Positions 1 through 10,999 of a stretch of DNA of 47,148 nt are shown here, piece after piece. The stretch spans positions 1 to 47,148 of the forward strand of contig JAANOX010000257.1 in assembly GCA_020184695.1 (NCBI GenBank), in the 5' to 3' direction. A program made the position numbers and the translations under genes. Under the pieces are notes generated by a model that was given only the letters and a program-made list of their open reading frames with translations, was not told the origin of the DNA and did not search any database. This stretch comes from Histomonas meleagridis 2922-C6/04-290x. Lineage: Eukaryota; Protista; Parabasalia. Positions within the stretch are counted from its first letter, which is position 1. Each line of letters starts with the position of its first letter.

Positions 1-1240
1 TCAGTGCCCCAACGCTTGATACGTTCACAGTATCAACGTTGCAAGTTCTTCTTCGCTAACACCGAGTGCCTTAAAGCACGTTCCTGGTGCTGCATGGCAT
101 CCGCCAGCAATTTCTATGTTATTCTTTAACGCCGATTTGCAACCTTTCGGATGGTTGCACTTTATTTGCTGAATCAATAAAATTAAAAGTCAAAGTTGAC
201 TTTTGATTATTTCCATATAAAACAGTTGCTTTCGTGCCATCGGTGTTGTTAAGGTTTTCATTTTCTTAAACAATTTTGTCATATTAGAGATGTGACTTCT
301 TATGTTATCTTCGCCTAACTGCGCTCGAAGATCAAAACCGTTAGCAACCGCTACGATGCTTAAAAACGGTAACGAACCGTCCTCAAACCGCTCCGATGGC
401 CTCGTTCTGTACTTTACATACCCGCTGCCAGGAAGTGCGTAAACAAGTTTTCGGCCACCAGCCAGGGTTTATCCAGAAGAGAGATTAACCTGTTGTTTAA
501 AAATAAAGTGAAGCATCAACAAGAGAAAATACATTTTGATTGGAAGCACTGAGCTTTAAAACAGCATCAACTTGTTCCTTAGTAACTACGGTTCCATCAA
601 ATTGGTCAACAAGTGGAAATGTAATTAAATGAAAAGATTTGTTGTCAAATTCTGGGACTTTAAAATCATTAAAATCAAACACCTGAAGGTGGGACTTGCC
701 ATGGAGCCCTTAAGCCAAGGATGTTATAATTGCTTGATTTACTATAGAGGAATGGTGATGTATCATTGAACTCGAAGGCGTCTATAAATGTTTTAATGGC
801 TGGCCCTTCATTTTGTGTGAACACAACTGTGTAATAGGTAAGCGCCGTTCCAAAATATTTGGTTAAAAGTATCTTAAGCTATTAACAGCTTCTGCTGAAT
901 TCTCGAGCTTGGTGATTCAGAATGTGTATCTCAAATAGGTTAGATTTGAGCGTTGCTGAAAAGTTGTTGGATTTGAGAATCAGCATATAAACCCGATGAT
1001 CGCATAAATCAAGGAAAGTAACAGACTTCTTTCGCATATAGATTATAAAGGCGATGGTCTTGGATCATCTGGAGAACAGCTTAATCCATTTAATCGCTTT
1101 CGAGATTAATAGAGATCGTGATAAGCGCTTGTTTCTGGCACTGGGCAATAAAACGTTCCAAAGATAATTAAAAATATAAGAGAAAACATTAAAAGTCCAA
1201 CAAGGAGGTTAATAATAGAGAAATTACGAACCATTCCACC
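1..1240 (-). pseudogene. Decayed protein-coding relic of unknown family
   Basis: GC-richer than flanks. The minus strand gives protein-like blocks (MVRNFSIINLLVGLLMFSLIF..., FPLVDQFDGTVVTKEQVDAVLKLSAS..., LLDKPWLVAENLFTHFLAAG..., IEIAGGCHAAPGTCFKALG) broken by in-frame stops and frameshifts. Runs off the window edge. Confidence 0.4.
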
Positions 1241-2039
1241 AGGTGAAAAAGTGACGTTCTACCTGATTTTAAACGTTCTCGAAAATCTTGATTTTGTTGA
1301 AATTCTTTTCGAGTTTTATATTTATCTATTTTTCCATTTTTCAACTTTAACACATGTATTCATTATATTATTTAAAAGTGTCTTTATAATGATTTAAAGT
1401 CGTTTCTTTAATTTACATTTTCAAATATTCAAAGAAATGTTTCAAAATTAAATAGAAAACTACAATTAAACAACAAAAGTAAAGTTTAACCGTGAGATTT
1501 TTAACCTTTTGAGACGGCCGATGTTTATTTAGTGAAGGTCTTAAAATATATTTGCAAGTTGAAACATGAAAATCCTTCATTTGTTCATCATTTTAGATAC
1601 AGTTGAACGTTTTAAAAGACGATACAAATCTTTATTACACCTTCTAAGTTATTCCAAGAAGAAATAGTTCCCAAATATGAACCCTACGAAAACAAGGGAA
1701 GGAAATGACTTACAAATATGATAGGGAAGTATCACTCAATGAAATTATGAACATTCAAAAGATTTCCTATAATACTATAATGATAAAACAAAAGTATTTT
1801 TAAATTTTGACACAAAACATTGAATATACAACAATTGTACGTCAAGATTTTAATAACAAACAAAAATTTTGAAGTAAACATGATTTTCAAAAGCATTTGA
1901 AAGACTTCGGAAATTGGATATATTTGACAAAGATATCACATTTGAGGAAACGTTACACAAATATTGGTGAAGATATATCTTCTCTAAAAGGCGAATTTTC
2001 AATTAGATGTTGTTAGCGAATCCGCATAAGGAATATGCG

Positions 2040-2595
2040 AACCACTTCCAACACATTCATTTAGTCAATCAAATACACTCACAAAATCAAATACTTTTTC
2101 TAATTCAAATACATTTACTGCTTCGTTACAAAGTGATATTTCATTATCATTTTCATATACATTAACAGTTACATTATCAATTACACATTCATTAACTGTT
2201 TATGAAACAAAAACGAAAACATTTTCATTATATATAAATAATTCAACATTTTCATATATTGAAACAGAATTTATTTATTACAGTTACACAATTGTTATTT
2301 ATTCGACTTATTATAATTATTATTCCAATTTCTTTACAATGTTTTACACTTTCGAATTGTACACGCCAAATGGAATTACTGACGAATGCTTTGATTGAAT
2401 TATTTGCGGATCATTTGCATTTGTTTTGGTCATTGTTGGAATTGTTATATGTTTAGTGAGAAGTAATAATAAGAAAGAAAAATCGAAATCAAAGTTACAA
2501 TTCAAGGACACGACAACGTCAAGTACAAAGCAAATCGAAGAAGTAAATAGTTTAGTTGAAGATATTGTGAAAGAAGATGAAGACAATTGGTTATG
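2040..2595 (+). pseudogene. 3' part of a type-I membrane surface-protein gene (S/T-rich stalk, TM, cytoplasmic tail), frameshifted
   Basis: Reads FSQSNTLTKSNTFSNSNTF...; after a frameshift near 2390-2400 it reads IICGSFAFVLVIVGIVICLV-RSNNKKEK...EDEDNWL*. Same architecture as the C-terminus of the BspA gene at 28177. Confidence 0.55.
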
Positions 2596-3318
2596 AATAA
2601 AACTATATAATAAAATTTTTTAAATTTAATTTTTATAAACGAATATAAAATTATTTTGTTGTAAAAATACCGAATCCAAGTAAGGCACATTACATTGTGT
2701 TGAACACTAATCAATAAATTTGATTGATTAGATGCCTTTTATATACTCTTTAATGATAAATTTAGTAGAAGTAATAGTGGGAATCCCACAATAATGATCA
2801 TTATTGTAATTATTTTTAATTATCAAATTATTAAAATAAATATTTTGAATGATTTTTGATTCAAATAAATTATACTTAATCATATGTTTAAGTAAATGAA
2901 ATGATTTTTGTGTGTTTTCTTTTAGTGAAAATTGAGAAATAAATTTATTCTTTTCTTCATATTTTTCAATTTCCTTTCTAATTCCCAAATATTATTTGAA
3001 TTACCAATTCATTAAAACAAATCATAATTGATATATAAACATCAGCACATATTTTGTTATTTTTCAAACAAAACATTAATGAAAGTAATGAAATGTCTAT
3101 TTAAGTTATTCTAATTTATTATTACCAATTTTTTTTTTGACAAGATATTTTCATTTTTTTGTCACCACCTATGCTGATAATATTACTGAATTTATGTGAA
3201 TAGGAAAGAAGATAAAAAAAAATAAACGGTATGCATTCAAATACTATCGTTCTCATAAGAAATCCACACAATTCCTTTATCGTTGTTTCGAAGGTCATGT
3301 AAAATATTCAAAATCCAT

Positions 3319-6300
3319 ATGTTCTTTATATTTCCCTTTTTTTGCGTTTCTCTATTCAAGATTTCACATTTAAATGCTTTGCTTCAATTCAAGAATCAAA
3401 ATAGCGGGAAGGTTCCTCATTTTACAATTTCTGCTGAAGGAAGTTGTGTAAATTGGACATCAATGAATCCATCAATAATCAAAGTTTCACCAATATATGA
3501 AACTCGAAAATGTTCAAAATCAGCATTAGTTGAAGTTGTTGCAGTCGGCCCAAACCGAAAAGCTACAGCAATTCTAGCTGAAGCACAAAATGGCGCCACA
3601 TTAAAATGCGATGTTTTTGTTGATAATATTGTTAACATTTCCATCCTCACAACAACTCGCTCAATTTATGTTGACTCGTCTTACGAAACATTATCTGTTC
3701 AAGCTTATGATTCTGATCATAACATTTTCACATCATTAGAAGGACTTGACATTAAATGGTCTCTTGACAACACCCACCTTAAATCGGTTTCAGCCGATGA
3801 AGTTGTTCTTCCAGGAATAACCACCAAATCTTCATCATTAACAATTCAAGGAACAAAAGTTGGTCAAACATGGGTCTCAGTTGAGCTTCTACATTTATAT
3901 TCTCGTGTTGATTTTGTTGTTGTTGAACCTATTGCATTATTCCCCTCACCCATTATTCGTATTCTTCCATATTCCGAAGTTCATTTTCAACTTTGTTCCA
4001 CTCGTGGTATCATAGCTGGGGATAGTTCTGAGCTACGGTGTGTTTCAGAAATCTCACTTCCATCTAATCAATATTTATTAAAATCATCAGACCCTTCAAT
4101 TCTCGAAATTAATCCAAAAGCTATTGCATATTCAAAGTCAGAAGGTCTTGTAACTATTACTGCCACTGACAAAGCCATTACAGATAACATAGCATCAGTT
4201 CTTGTTCAAGTTTTATATCCTTATCGAGCTGAACAAGAAACTCAATACATTGCACTTGGTGATAATCCACATTTTAATCCTATATTATATTCACGGGATG
4301 GCCATAAAATTGATATTTTTAATGAAATCAAATGGGAAATTGAAGGAGAATGGAATACAATTGGAAAGAAAGAGATCACATTACGTTATTATGATTTTTC
4401 ATTTAAAGCAATTGTAATTGTATGTCCACCTATTGTTGTAGAACCAACAGAAGTTATTTTACCAATTGATTATTCTGGGTTTACAATCAGTATTTCAGGT
4501 GGCTCTGGAAGTTATACATTTAATGTTGATGATAATTCTATTTTAGAGTTTTCTAATTCAAAAATACGAACAAAAAAAGAAGGAATTACGAAAATTAGAG
4601 TTTATGATAAAATGATACAGAAATATCAATCGATTATTAATGTAATCGTAAGTAAAGTATCATTTATTGATATTCAACTTAAGAATAGAGAATTATTAAT
4701 TGGCTCACGATTTAATCCGAAATGTACAGTTTATGCTAATGAAAGAAAACAATTTTCTGTTAATGTTAATTCTAAAATAATATCAGAACAAACAAATGTC
4801 GTTTCACAAAATTTGGATGCAATTCATTCGGGATTTTCATTTTTGTTTTGTTCTGCTGATGGAACTAATTCCGAGAAAATTAAAGTAAGTGTTGCTAATA
4901 AATTAGAAATAAATATAAATGGAAGAACATCACCTAGTTCAGAAACACCAATTACATTTAATGGTGGTGTTTTACAATGGCCAAATTCAGGTCCACCATT
5001 TTATTCTATAAATTGTCCGGGTATAAATGCGACAATTATTAATAATAATCGAATTATACTTGATAAAGAATTTAATGGAAATTGTGAAATCTCAATGCAA
5101 AATCCAAAATCAATTTTAAATAATTATCCATTAGTTGTTAAACAACAATTCCATTTAGAATGTTCTGAAGTTGATAAACTTTTACTTCATGTAATAGATG
5201 AAAAATCATCACTTAATAAGGAATGTAATGTACCTCCACGAAGTATAACATCAAAAGTTTCACAATTTTATTCAATTATCCCGAATAATTTACTTAAACT
5301 TTATATCTCTGCTTATGATAAATTCGATAATATAATTCATTATTATTCGAATACTAAATTCATTTTAAAAACCAGTGATGATGAATATTTAAAACCATTA
5401 AATACTTTTGGTCCTAATGGTGAAACTATTTATCATTATATACCTAATCATGATCTAACATTAAAAATTTCTTCTTCAACATTAAACTTTCATAATGAAG
5501 TCCAATTAAAAATAATTAAACCAATTAAAATCGAATCAAAAACAAATACATTATATTATACACCTAATATGAAATATTCATTAAATATTAAAGGTGGTTC
5601 AGGTATATTTAGTGTTTCATCTAATAATGCTTATATCGAAAATGATAAACTTTATATAACACCAAAAATTCCTGGAATATATAATTATAATGTAACAGAT
5701 TTATGTAATATTGATCAATCAATTTTAATTACATTAAATGTAATAACAATTAAATCACTTAAAATTATTACTTCCGATTCAATTCCTGTAAATACTGAAC
5801 TTAGAATTATTATAAATGCTTATACAGATAATAATATTCCAATACCTTTTGATTTATTAAAATATGCTGATATTAAATTATTAAATCCTGAAGCAGAACA
5901 AATTTCAATAGATACATGGAAATTAATACCTAAAGAAGTTGGCTCATTAATAATTACTGCAAAAGCTTCAAATGGAGTAACTACGCAAAAAACTATAAAT
6001 GTTTTACGTTCATTATTAATATCACCTCAAAATATAACACTTTTACCAGAAGAATCAATTTCGTTAAATATAATTGAAGGAACTTTATCAAATATAAACT
6101 TCGATTATGGTAATGGTAAAATAGCAAAAGTTATAGGTAATGAAATAATTGCTATATCACCAGGCGAAATTATAATTAATGCGTCAATTAAAAATATTAA
6201 TAGTTTTAAACCTTTTCCAATATATGTTAAAGTATTAAATCCAAATTCACTTAAAATAATTCCGTCAACATCAAAAGTTATTCAAAGTGGTTTATTGTTT

Positions 6301-7866
6301 TTAAACCTAATTGTAATAACTAATGAAGGTGAATTCTCTCCTAAAAATGCACATTGGACAATATCAAATGGATTTCCTTATGAACAATTTAATTCTTCTT
6401 CAATAATGATAAATTGTACACTTGATAAAGAATTAACTGTTAAAGTTGAAGCATATAATAAACTTGTTGAATATTTTAATATTAAAATCGAACCAAAACT
6501 TTCAATAATTTCACCATTTGGTTTTCCATCCGAAATAATATTACCACCGATGTGTCAATTACAACTTAAAACGAATGGAAATCTTAATTTTAATGTCGAA
6601 TCACAAAACTCATCAATTATAAAATGTTTAAATAATGGAATAATTCAATCAACATCAATTGAAGGTACAACAATTTTATTGATTAACTATAAAAATCAAA
6701 ATATAGCTATAAGTGTACGTATATCAAAGCCTTCATTCTTCTTTATTAAACAAATTCAACCTAATGAAATTAAAACAATTTTATTAGATGAATTTGGTAT
6801 GCAATATACATCTGTTAATGGAATTACATTTCAAATCCAAAAAAATGATGGATTTATTACTAAAATAATTAATGATGACTATTTTAGAATAGAACGTTCA
6901 ATCGAAAATGATATAAGTATTTCATGTATAGCTTCTAATTCATTGTTTTCATTACAAACAACATTAAACTTATCATTAAAACAAGAAATTACTCCAAATG
7001 ATGTATACATATTAAAAGGTACTTCTTATAAATTTAAATGTTCCGTTTTTAATACACAATGGAAAGTTTCAGATAAAAATTTAGCAAATGTTAATAATGA
7101 TGGATTACTTACAACATATAAATCAGGAAAAATATTTTTATCATGTTCATCAAACATTAAAACATCAGTAACAATTATCGAAATTAAAGATATTCATATT
7201 ATTAATGTTGCAGAGAATTTATATAAAATCGAACCAATCATAAATAATAATCATAATAATGATAATAAAAACGTTTACTTTTCGAATATAATAATTCCAT
7301 CTGATTTGAAATTCGATTGTAAAATTGATAATTCGAATTGTGGTGAAACAAAAATTATTTCTAATTCAACTGGAATCTTTTGTTTGTTTGAACCAAATAA
7401 AATTTGTCCTCCAAACACAAAAATTATTGCTCATATGAATTCAAATATTGCAAAATTATCATTGAAGTCAGAATATTTAATTGGTTATTCCAATGCGATT
7501 AATTTCGGATTTCCAAATGGAATGAAAATTTATATCTCCGATTTAAATAAAGGAGTTGAAGTACCTTTGAGATTAAATAGAATGGAAATTAATTACGAAA
7601 CTCCAAAAGGAATTTATTTGGCGTTTACTAATGATGGAATGATTATAACTGCGGACGAATATTTCGACGGAAATGGTTTAATAATAATAGAACATAAAAT
7701 GACTGGAGAAGTTGCAAAGATAGAAGTGGTGTATGGGGAAAATGAAGAAGGAAATAATTGGAAAATAAGATCACAAAAGAGTAAGGATTGGCTCTTTTAT
7801 GTGTGTTTAACTTCTTTGTTTGCATGCGTGTGGTATATTATATTTATGGTAACATCACCAAAATAA
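3319..7866 (+). CDS. NUP210: Nuclear pore membrane glycoprotein gp210/Nup210-like (signal peptide, Ig-like repeats, C-terminal TM)
   Basis: 1527-aa ORF. The N-terminus (EGSCVNWTSMNPSIIKVSP...CSKSALV...LKCDVFVDNIVNISILTTTRSIYV...VQAYDSDHNIFTSLEGLDIKW) matches the gp210 pattern, and there is a C-terminal TM (WLFYVCLTSLFACVWYIIFM). The second Met (3319) is preferred because it begins the hydrophobic leader; the ORF track starts at 3283. Confidence 0.88.
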   Translation: MFFIFPFFCVSLFKISHLNALLQFKNQNSGKVPHFTISAEGSCVNWTSMNPSIIKVSPIYETRKCSKSALVEVVAVGPNRKATAILAEAQNGATLKCDVFVDNIVNISILTTTRSIYVDSSYETLSVQAYDSDHNIFTSLEGLDIKWSLDNTHLKSVSADEVVLPGITTKSSSLTIQGTKVGQTWVSVELLHLYSRVDFVVVEPIALFPSPIIRILPYSEVHFQLCSTRGIIAGDSSELRCVSEISLPSNQYLLKSSDPSILEINPKAIAYSKSEGLVTITATDKAITDNIASVLVQVLYPYRAEQETQYIALGDNPHFNPILYSRDGHKIDIFNEIKWEIEGEWNTIGKKEITLRYYDFSFKAIVIVCPPIVVEPTEVILPIDYSGFTISISGGSGSYTFNVDDNSILEFSNSKIRTKKEGITKIRVYDKMIQKYQSIINVIVSKVSFIDIQLKNRELLIGSRFNPKCTVYANERKQFSVNVNSKIISEQTNVVSQNLDAIHSGFSFLFCSADGTNSEKIKVSVANKLEININGRTSPSSETPITFNGGVLQWPNSGPPFYSINCPGINATIINNNRIILDKEFNGNCEISMQNPKSILNNYPLVVKQQFHLECSEVDKLLLHVIDEKSSLNKECNVPPRSITSKVSQFYSIIPNNLLKLYISAYDKFDNIIHYYSNTKFILKTSDDEYLKPLNTFGPNGETIYHYIPNHDLTLKISSSTLNFHNEVQLKIIKPIKIESKTNTLYYTPNMKYSLNIKGGSGIFSVSSNNAYIENDKLYITPKIPGIYNYNVTDLCNIDQSILITLNVITIKSLKIITSDSIPVNTELRIIINAYTDNNIPIPFDLLKYADIKLLNPEAEQISIDTWKLIPKEVGSLIITAKASNGVTTQKTINVLRSLLISPQNITLLPEESISLNIIEGTLSNINFDYGNGKIAKVIGNEIIAISPGEIIINASIKNINSFKPFPIYVKVLNPNSLKIIPSTSKVIQSGLLFLNLIVITNEGEFSPKNAHWTISNGFPYEQFNSSSIMINCTLDKELTVKVEAYNKLVEYFNIKIEPKLSIISPFGFPSEIILPPMCQLQLKTNGNLNFNVESQNSSIIKCLNNGIIQSTSIEGTTILLINYKNQNIAISVRISKPSFFFIKQIQPNEIKTILLDEFGMQYTSVNGITFQIQKNDGFITKIINDDYFRIERSIENDISISCIASNSLFSLQTTLNLSLKQEITPNDVYILKGTSYKFKCSVFNTQWKVSDKNLANVNNDGLLTTYKSGKIFLSCSSNIKTSVTIIEIKDIHIINVAENLYKIEPIINNNHNNDNKNVYFSNIIIPSDLKFDCKIDNSNCGETKIISNSTGIFCLFEPNKICPPNTKIIAHMNSNIAKLSLKSEYLIGYSNAINFGFPNGMKIYISDLNKGVEVPLRLNRMEINYETPKGIYLAFTNDGMIITADEYFDGNGLIIIEHKMTGEVAKIEVVYGENEEGNNWKIRSQKSKDWLFYVCLTSLFACVWYIIFMVTSPK

Positions 7867-8064
7867 AGTGATGTAATTAGTATGTAACTCATAAAATTTT
7901 CATGAATTTTTATTTTATTTTATTTTTTAATCAATATTTATAAGTAATTATTCTTTAAAAGGAATCTATGATATAAAATGTTGATTTGAAAATACATGTT
8001 TTTTAAAATAACCTACATTGGCGAAACCATTGAGATTAGCTAGTGATAACCATCGCAATCATAG

Positions 8065-8200
8065 TTGGTGATAAATGCTAGTGTTGTAGAGGTCGGAAAA
8101 CATACATTAAGTTATTGTACAAGTTTGAATATTGTTATTATTGGAAATAATATCATTTGCTCGTCTTCAATGATTATACATTATATGACTGTGTAAACTT
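8065..8200 (+). pseudogene. BspA-type LRR fragment
   Basis: Reads SVVEVGKHTLSYCTSLNIVIIGNNII, a single BspA LRR unit, surrounded by stops. Confidence 0.45.
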
Positions 8201-8654
8201 ATCATCAGTAATTATTATTAAGTAAAAGTTATGAAATTTGTTATCATGCATTTTATTAGTGTGATAATTCAAAATATATTTATTTTACAGGATATAAATC
8301 GCCAAATATAAGTGAGGTTTGATTTAATGATGTACAACATTTTAAGTGTTTGAAGTAATATCAATCGAAGAATGTACTCAATATTAATGTCTTTGGGAAA
8401 CAAATACGTTCTTTGCTTCAAATATATTTACTAATAGCAATTAACATCTGTAGCATTAACATCAATCTCTTCTTTTTCAAGAAGTAATTTAACTTTTTGA
8501 AATAATAAAACAAGTTTTCGGTGCATGAATTTATGCACAAATGAATTTGGAAAAATTTACTCACAATTTTTACTGAAAACTCATAGAGGTTTGTAGAAAA
8601 CATAATGAAGAAATTTCGAATATTGGAAAATTAAAACATTTACTTGTAAAATTC

Positions 8655-8981
8655 TTAACCTTCACGCCACGTGTGCTTGCACTTGCAACAGCAGAAGAAC
8701 AATGTAGCTGGTTCATCTGCACTTCTAATTTGAATTTCAATGAAATAGGCTTCATTATGTCCACACTTTTCGCATTTGCAAGTTGTCTTGTTAGTGAAGG
8801 CGGTAGTGTTATCTGATATTATGAATGAATTGGTATCAAGTGGATGAAGTTCTGCATTTTGAACCTTAGTTCCTTGAAAATCCATAACAAATGGGCAAGA
8901 CCTGCACCGCATTTTTGTATGGGCGCCAGCTGCATCTATAAGAAGTAAATTACCACATGCTGGGCAAAAAGAATGAGACAT
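8655..8981 (-). CDS. POLR3K: RNA polymerase III subunit C11 (RPB9/TFIIS-like zinc ribbons)
   Basis: FCPACGNLL...CRSCP N-terminal ribbon and CEKCGHNEAYFIEIQIRSADEPATLFFCCCKCKHTWRE C-terminal TFIIS-like ribbon with the QIRSADEP motif. Start placed at MSHSF; the ORF track starts at 9008. Confidence 0.9.
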   Translation of the reverse strand: MSHSFCPACGNLLLIDAAGAHTKMRCRSCPFVMDFQGTKVQNAELHPLDTNSFIISDNTTAFTNKTTCKCEKCGHNEAYFIEIQIRSADEPATLFFCCCKCKHTWREG

Positions 8982-9063
8982 TAGAGGAATAACGGTCCAT
9001 TCGGCCACCCCATATTAACCGTACCGATAGGAAATGGTCACTTTTTTAGATAGTTGCCATCGA

Positions 9064-9776
9064 ATGAATTCTCGAGAAGACAGGAAAAGACCCGATCGCA
9101 GTTACTCTTGGAGAAACAGAATTGTTTTTGTTTCAAACATTCCATTTAAATTTAAAGCTCAAGATGTAATGTTGTTACTTCGACAATTTGGTCGATGTTA
9201 TAGGGTCGATTTATCTCGTGATGGAATAGGTGGCTCACGCGGATATGCATTTGCCGAATTCGAAACACCCGAGGGAGCAAGAAATGCAGCTGAATACCTT
9301 GATGGTGCAGAACTAGATGGCAGATTTCTCCGTTCTGAAATATCAGTACAGCCACCTTCAGAGTTAATTGAGATGTAGTTTTTAATTCTAACATCAGATA
9401 TCGTGCAACTTCTCGCCAAAGAGCAGAAAAAGATCGACGTGGAGAATTTGACGTTGATACGCCCAGGAACAAAAATTATCAGAATCGCAATGAATACGCA
9501 AAATCAAGAAAATCTAAAAAATCCAGTTCGGATTATAGTTCTCAATCAGATTCTGATTATTCTTATTCTGGCTCATATTCATATTCCGATTCATACTCAT
9601 ATTCTGACCCACATTCTTACTTCAGTTCACAAGGAAGTTATTCTTCTGGTTCTGACTACAATAGTTCTAAATCAGATAGTTATTCTTCTTCTAAATCATA
9701 CTCATCCAGTAATTCAGATTCTGGATATGGCAGCTACAGTTCAGATGGATATAGTTATAGTTCTGATTCCAAGTGA
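9064..9776 (+). CDS. RRM protein with a Ser/Tyr/Asp-rich tail; two exons, join(9064..9374,9398..9776)
   Basis: RNP2 (VFVSNIP) and RNP1 (RGYAFAEF) are present. Removing the GT-AG intron 9375-9397 gives ...ELIEI/YRATSRQRAEKDRR...SYSSDSK*, open to TGA 9774-9776. An alternative start is at 9034. Confidence 0.8.
9375..9397 (+). other. Canonical short spliceosomal intron (23 nt)
   Basis: GTAGTTTTTAATTCTAACATCAG: GT...AG with a TCTAAC branch motif directly before the 3' splice site, as in short trichomonad introns. Removal eliminates a TAG stop and joins two open frames. Confidence 0.8.
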
Positions 9777-10081
9777 ATCGGTGAATTCCGATAATAATAA
9801 ATTTACATAATTTTGAAATTTTTTGAGTACAAAACAACATTAAATTTATAGTATTTGTATATATTGTGTTGCAGAACATATTCACAAAGTTTTTAGATGA
9901 AAATTTACAATGCTGTTAGAACATTAATTTTCAATTTTTTAAAAAATATGTACTTAATCAAGATATATCTTTTTATTATTTTTTGAGTTGTCCAAAAATC
10001 AATTCTTAATATGTTCTTTTTACTAATGGAAATTAAGTATGGTTTGAAACAAACAAAAAGCATGAAACATGATGGTAAATT

Positions 10082-10699
10082 TTAAGCTGCTTTTACTTTT
10101 GTTTTCATGTTTTTTCTTAGTAAGAATGAAAAAATGAAAAAAGAAATTACAATAATGTATATAAATAATATGGAAATTTTCAAATACAAAGTTGATCCCT
10201 CTTGATAACAAGAAATGAAAACATTGTCATTAACATAGAATCCTTTTTCTGTGAATATCTGATACTGAATATCTGTGGGAATAGCATCAGGAAATTTAGA
10301 AATAAAATTGATAAAAGATGAATTCCCTGTTGAAATATATTCATCAAACGCCCTAGAAATTTCGCTTGAAGAAAAATCTGAATTATATTCTGTGCATTCA
10401 AATCCATTGTAAAACGAATTTGAATTACATTGCCTACATTTTTTGCTTTTTAACAAATATTTTGGCTGATGTTCAGTTGGCATCAAATACGACAAATGCA
10501 CTAGAGAAAGAATAATCAAAATACCTAAAAGAATTTTGAAAAATATGTCATTTTCCAAGTATATAAGGAAAGGATATTTATTTAAGATTCTCTGTTCCAG
10601 GCTTTTGTTTGAGATTCGAACTGGTGTAGGTGTTGAGCTTCTTGAAGAAGTAAATGGAGAACTTCTTTCCCACATTTTTTTGTACGTTAAGATTTTCAA
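10082..10699 (-). CDS. Hypothetical two-TM membrane protein
   Basis: 205-aa ORF with two hydrophobic segments (FFKILLGILIILSLVHL; LKISILFIYIIVISFFIFSFLL) flanking a Cys-containing loop. Confidence 0.6.
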   Translation of the reverse strand: MKILTYKKMWERSSPFTSSRSSTPTPVRISNKSLEQRILNKYPFLIYLENDIFFKILLGILIILSLVHLSYLMPTEHQPKYLLKSKKCRQCNSNSFYNGFECTEYNSDFSSSEISRAFDEYISTGNSSFINFISKFPDAIPTDIQYQIFTEKGFYVNDNVFISCYQEGSTLYLKISILFIYIIVISFFIFSFLLRKNMKTKVKAA

Positions 10700-10999
10700 A
10701 CTTTGAACAAAAGAACGTTATTTCCAGAGCACCCCAATGAATTTATTATTTATTTATTAAAAATAAATAAAAGGCTCAATAAAATTAGAGAAGAAAAGCA
10801 TTATGAAGTTAACTAAAAAATATACATATTAATATCTATAATTTTATTACAAATATGTTATAAATTGATGTAGTTACAAAACCTGTAGCAACTTTTTATG
10901 AGTTGAATTTTCCAGCACATTCAATAAAGAATAGTGCCAAAATAAAACCATAAAATTTTTTGTTTTACAATTAATTCAGCACCTTAAATATATAAAACA

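Noticed and set aside
9403-9810. 135-aa ORF downstream of the RRM
   Set aside because: It is an off-frame shadow of RRM exon 2, which is reached through the 23-nt intron.
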